Shown in pieces: positions 30,439 through 32,000 of a stretch of DNA of 32,000 bases. Position 1 is the stretch's first letter. Every line of letters begins with the position of its first letter. Under the pieces are notes generated by a model. The model was not told the origin of the DNA. It was given only the letters and a program-made list of their open reading frames with translations, and did no database searches. The position numbers and the translations under genes are program-made. The stretch is from Candidatus Saganbacteria bacterium (GTDB taxonomy: Bacteria; Margulisbacteria; WOR-1; JAKLHX01). Where the stretch lies: contig JAPLKZ010000010.1 of NCBI GenBank assembly GCA_026387835.1, forward strand, positions 206,379 through 238,378. The letters run 5' to 3'.

Positions 30439-30472
30439 CACTCCTTTTTCCCATTCCGCGAGGATGGGAGTG
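30439..30472 (-). promoter_or_regulatory. Putative Shine-Dalgarno-sequestering hairpin (riboswitch expression platform)
   Basis: Minus strand CACTCC (30472-30467) ... AAAAAGGAGTG (ending 30439): CACTCC pairs with GGAGTG containing the SD of the receptor gene (start 30434). Confidence 0.6.
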
Positions 30473-30480
30473 CTAATACT

Positions 30481-30628
30481 ATACAGGCAAGGTCTTCTGA
30501 CTTACGGATCGTCCTCCCCTGCTCCTTCCCGTCCTGGACTTTTCGATGGACAGTGGTATCAGCAGGTTCGTCCCCGTATACAGCGCCGGGAGCGTTCGTG
30601 ATTCAAACACGATTCCCTTTTCCTGTAC
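30481..30628 (-). promoter_or_regulatory. Cobalamin (B12) riboswitch aptamer
   Basis: Minus strand: TACAGG (P1) ... AAAAGGGAATCGTGTTTGAATCACGAACGCT ... CTGATACCACTGTC ... GTAAGTCAGAAGACCTTGCCTGTAT, matching conserved cobalamin riboswitch segments; P1 arms TACAGG/CCTGTA pair. Confidence 0.88.
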
Positions 30629-30663
30629 GCAAAAAGATTGTAGCACGGGAGGCTCAAATGATG

Positions 30664-31338
30664 TCAAGAGGTTGCACCTGCTATCACGATCGTAATTTCT
30701 CCGAGTATTTCTTTGCTTGAAAAATGCTCCGTTGCCTCTTCAACCGTTCCCCTGAATATTTCCTCAAATTTTTTGGTAAGTTCTCTGGCAATGCAGATAT
30801 TTCTGTCCCCCAAAATATCCTTGATGTCTTTAAGTGTTTTCAAAAGCCTGTGCGGGGATTCGTAAATAATTACCGTTCTTTCTTCATCGACCAGTTTTCG
30901 TAATATTCTTCTCCTGCCTTTTCCCTCGCTCGGGAGGAACCCTTCAAAAACGAACCTTTTTGTGCTCAGCCCTGACCCAGCCAGCGCGTTGATGATAGCG
31001 GACGGGCCCGGGATGACAACGACCTGGATATTGTTATCTATAGCTTCCTTTATAAGCTCTTCTCCTGGGTCGGATATCCCGGGCATGCCCGCATCGCTGA
31101 CCAGTGCAACATTCTTCCCGTCAAGAAGCTGGCCGATCAAATATTTGGATTTTTCTTTTATGTTGAACTTGTGATATGAGGTCGTCTTTGTCCTGATCTC
31201 AAAATGTTCAAGGAGCTTTTTTGTCTGTCTTGTGTCCTCCGCCGCGATCAGGTCTGCTTCTTTGAGCGTCCTTATCAGGCGGAGTGATGAGTCCTCAAGG
31301 TTGCCGATAGGAGTGGCGCAGACAAAGAGCGATGCCAT
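30664..31338 (-). CDS. rsmI: 16S rRNA (cytidine(1402)-2'-O)-methyltransferase
   Basis: LFVCATPIGNLEDSSLRLIRTLKEADLIAAEDTRQTKKLLEHF, SDAGMPGISDPGEELI, VVVIPGPSAIINALAGSGL, YESPHRLLKTL. Confidence 0.96.
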   Translation of the reverse strand: MASLFVCATPIGNLEDSSLRLIRTLKEADLIAAEDTRQTKKLLEHFEIRTKTTSYHKFNIKEKSKYLIGQLLDGKNVALVSDAGMPGISDPGEELIKEAIDNNIQVVVIPGPSAIINALAGSGLSTKRFVFEGFLPSEGKGRRRILRKLVDEERTVIIYESPHRLLKTLKDIKDILGDRNICIARELTKKFEEIFRGTVEEATEHFSSKEILGEITIVIAGATS

Positions 31339-31341
31339 TTT

Positions 31342-31767
31342 TTAAAGGCCTATGATCTCTTTGACCTTATCCGAGAACGTGTCTTCCTTTATTTCTTCGC
31401 CGGCAAATTCTTTCACTTCTCCCATCGTCACTTTACCCCTGTACGAAGCGCCCTCGTCGACCGAGAGCCGGTTGCCGGATATATCCCCGAATATTTTGCC
31501 GTTCTTTTTTATCTCGACGCTTTCCTTGGAAGCGACATTGCCTTTTACCTGGCCTGCCACTATTACGTTCTTTCCTTCGACGTTCCCATGGACGGTCCCC
31601 TTCGCCGAAATATAGACCTCGGCGGCACTATTCACATTTCCTTCCAGCGTCCCGTCCAGCCTGAACGAGCCGGTAGTCTTGATCTCGCCTTTTACTGTTG
31701 TGTCTTCCCCGATTATCGAACCTATCATCCCTTGTCCTGCTCCCTGCTTTGCGTCAAACATGCCCAT
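31342..31767 (-). CDS. Bactofilin family protein
   Basis: SIIGEDTTVKGEIKTTGSFRLDGTLEGNVNSAAEVYISAKGTVHGNVEGKNVIVAGQVKGNV repeated beta-helix pattern of bactofilins. Confidence 0.92.
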   Translation of the reverse strand: MGMFDAKQGAGQGMIGSIIGEDTTVKGEIKTTGSFRLDGTLEGNVNSAAEVYISAKGTVHGNVEGKNVIVAGQVKGNVASKESVEIKKNGKIFGDISGNRLSVDEGASYRGKVTMGEVKEFAGEEIKEDTFSDKVKEIIGL

Positions 31768-31770
31768 TTT

Positions 31771-32000
31771 TCACCTTCCAATATTCGCGTTTATAATGCT
31801 TAAGTTAAGATATGCTATGGGGTTAATTTTAGCACCGTTCCTTATTACTTCATAGTGCAGATGCGGACCGGTGGCAGATCCCGTCATCCCGACATATGCG
31901 ATCTTCTGGCCTTTTTTTACCTTTTGCCCGTCTGTAACTATAAAAGATGACAGGTGCCCGTATAAAGTCTCGATCCCGAAATGGTGATCTATCACAACGG
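31771..32000 (-). CDS. M23-family peptidase C-terminal portion, truncated by window end
   Basis: YGHLSSFIVTDGQKVKKGQKIAYVGMTGSATGPHLHYEVIRNG, the LytM/M23 HxH motif region; open frame continues to the window edge. Confidence 0.9.
   Translation of the reverse strand, partial: VVIDHHFGIETLYGHLSSFIVTDGQKVKKGQKIAYVGMTGSATGPHLHYEVIRNGAKINPIAYLNLSIINANIGR

Overview
Gene-dense chromosomal window from a diderm-type bacterium (TonB/TonB-dependent receptor, SecDF, bactofilin, type IV pilin-like genes). No rRNA, tRNA, CRISPR array, transposase or phage module was recognised. Most of it is core metabolism and housekeeping: apgM end, tyrA, aroA, mutL, DUF374 acyltransferase, topA, panC, four minor-pilin genes, YchF-like protein, GT9, a cobalamin/iron-type ABC importer, ftsK, secF, secD, an isomerase + PfkB-kinase pair, DUF6485, EndoQ-like PHP protein, tgt, queA, tonB, BtuB-like receptor, rsmI, bactofilin and an M23 peptidase. 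The best leads are: (1) a YchF-family protein whose Walker A (GLPFSGQRQ) and switch motifs are degenerate; (2) a cobalamin riboswitch with an apparent SD-sequestering hairpin in front of a TonB-dependent receptor, giving a split B12-uptake system in the window next to queuosine genes; (3) a ~91 bp cloverleaf-like palindromic element just upstream of the pilin cluster; (4) an accessory pocket between queA and tgt with a VapBC-like pair and a collapsed FGE/SUMF1-like gene; (5) a 7-bp tandem repeat inside the tgt coding sequence; (6) an unassigned isomerase/PfkB two-gene operon; (7) a 466-aa orphan protein. I see no convincing multi-gene novel defence or mobile system; the unusual items are individual genes or elements.
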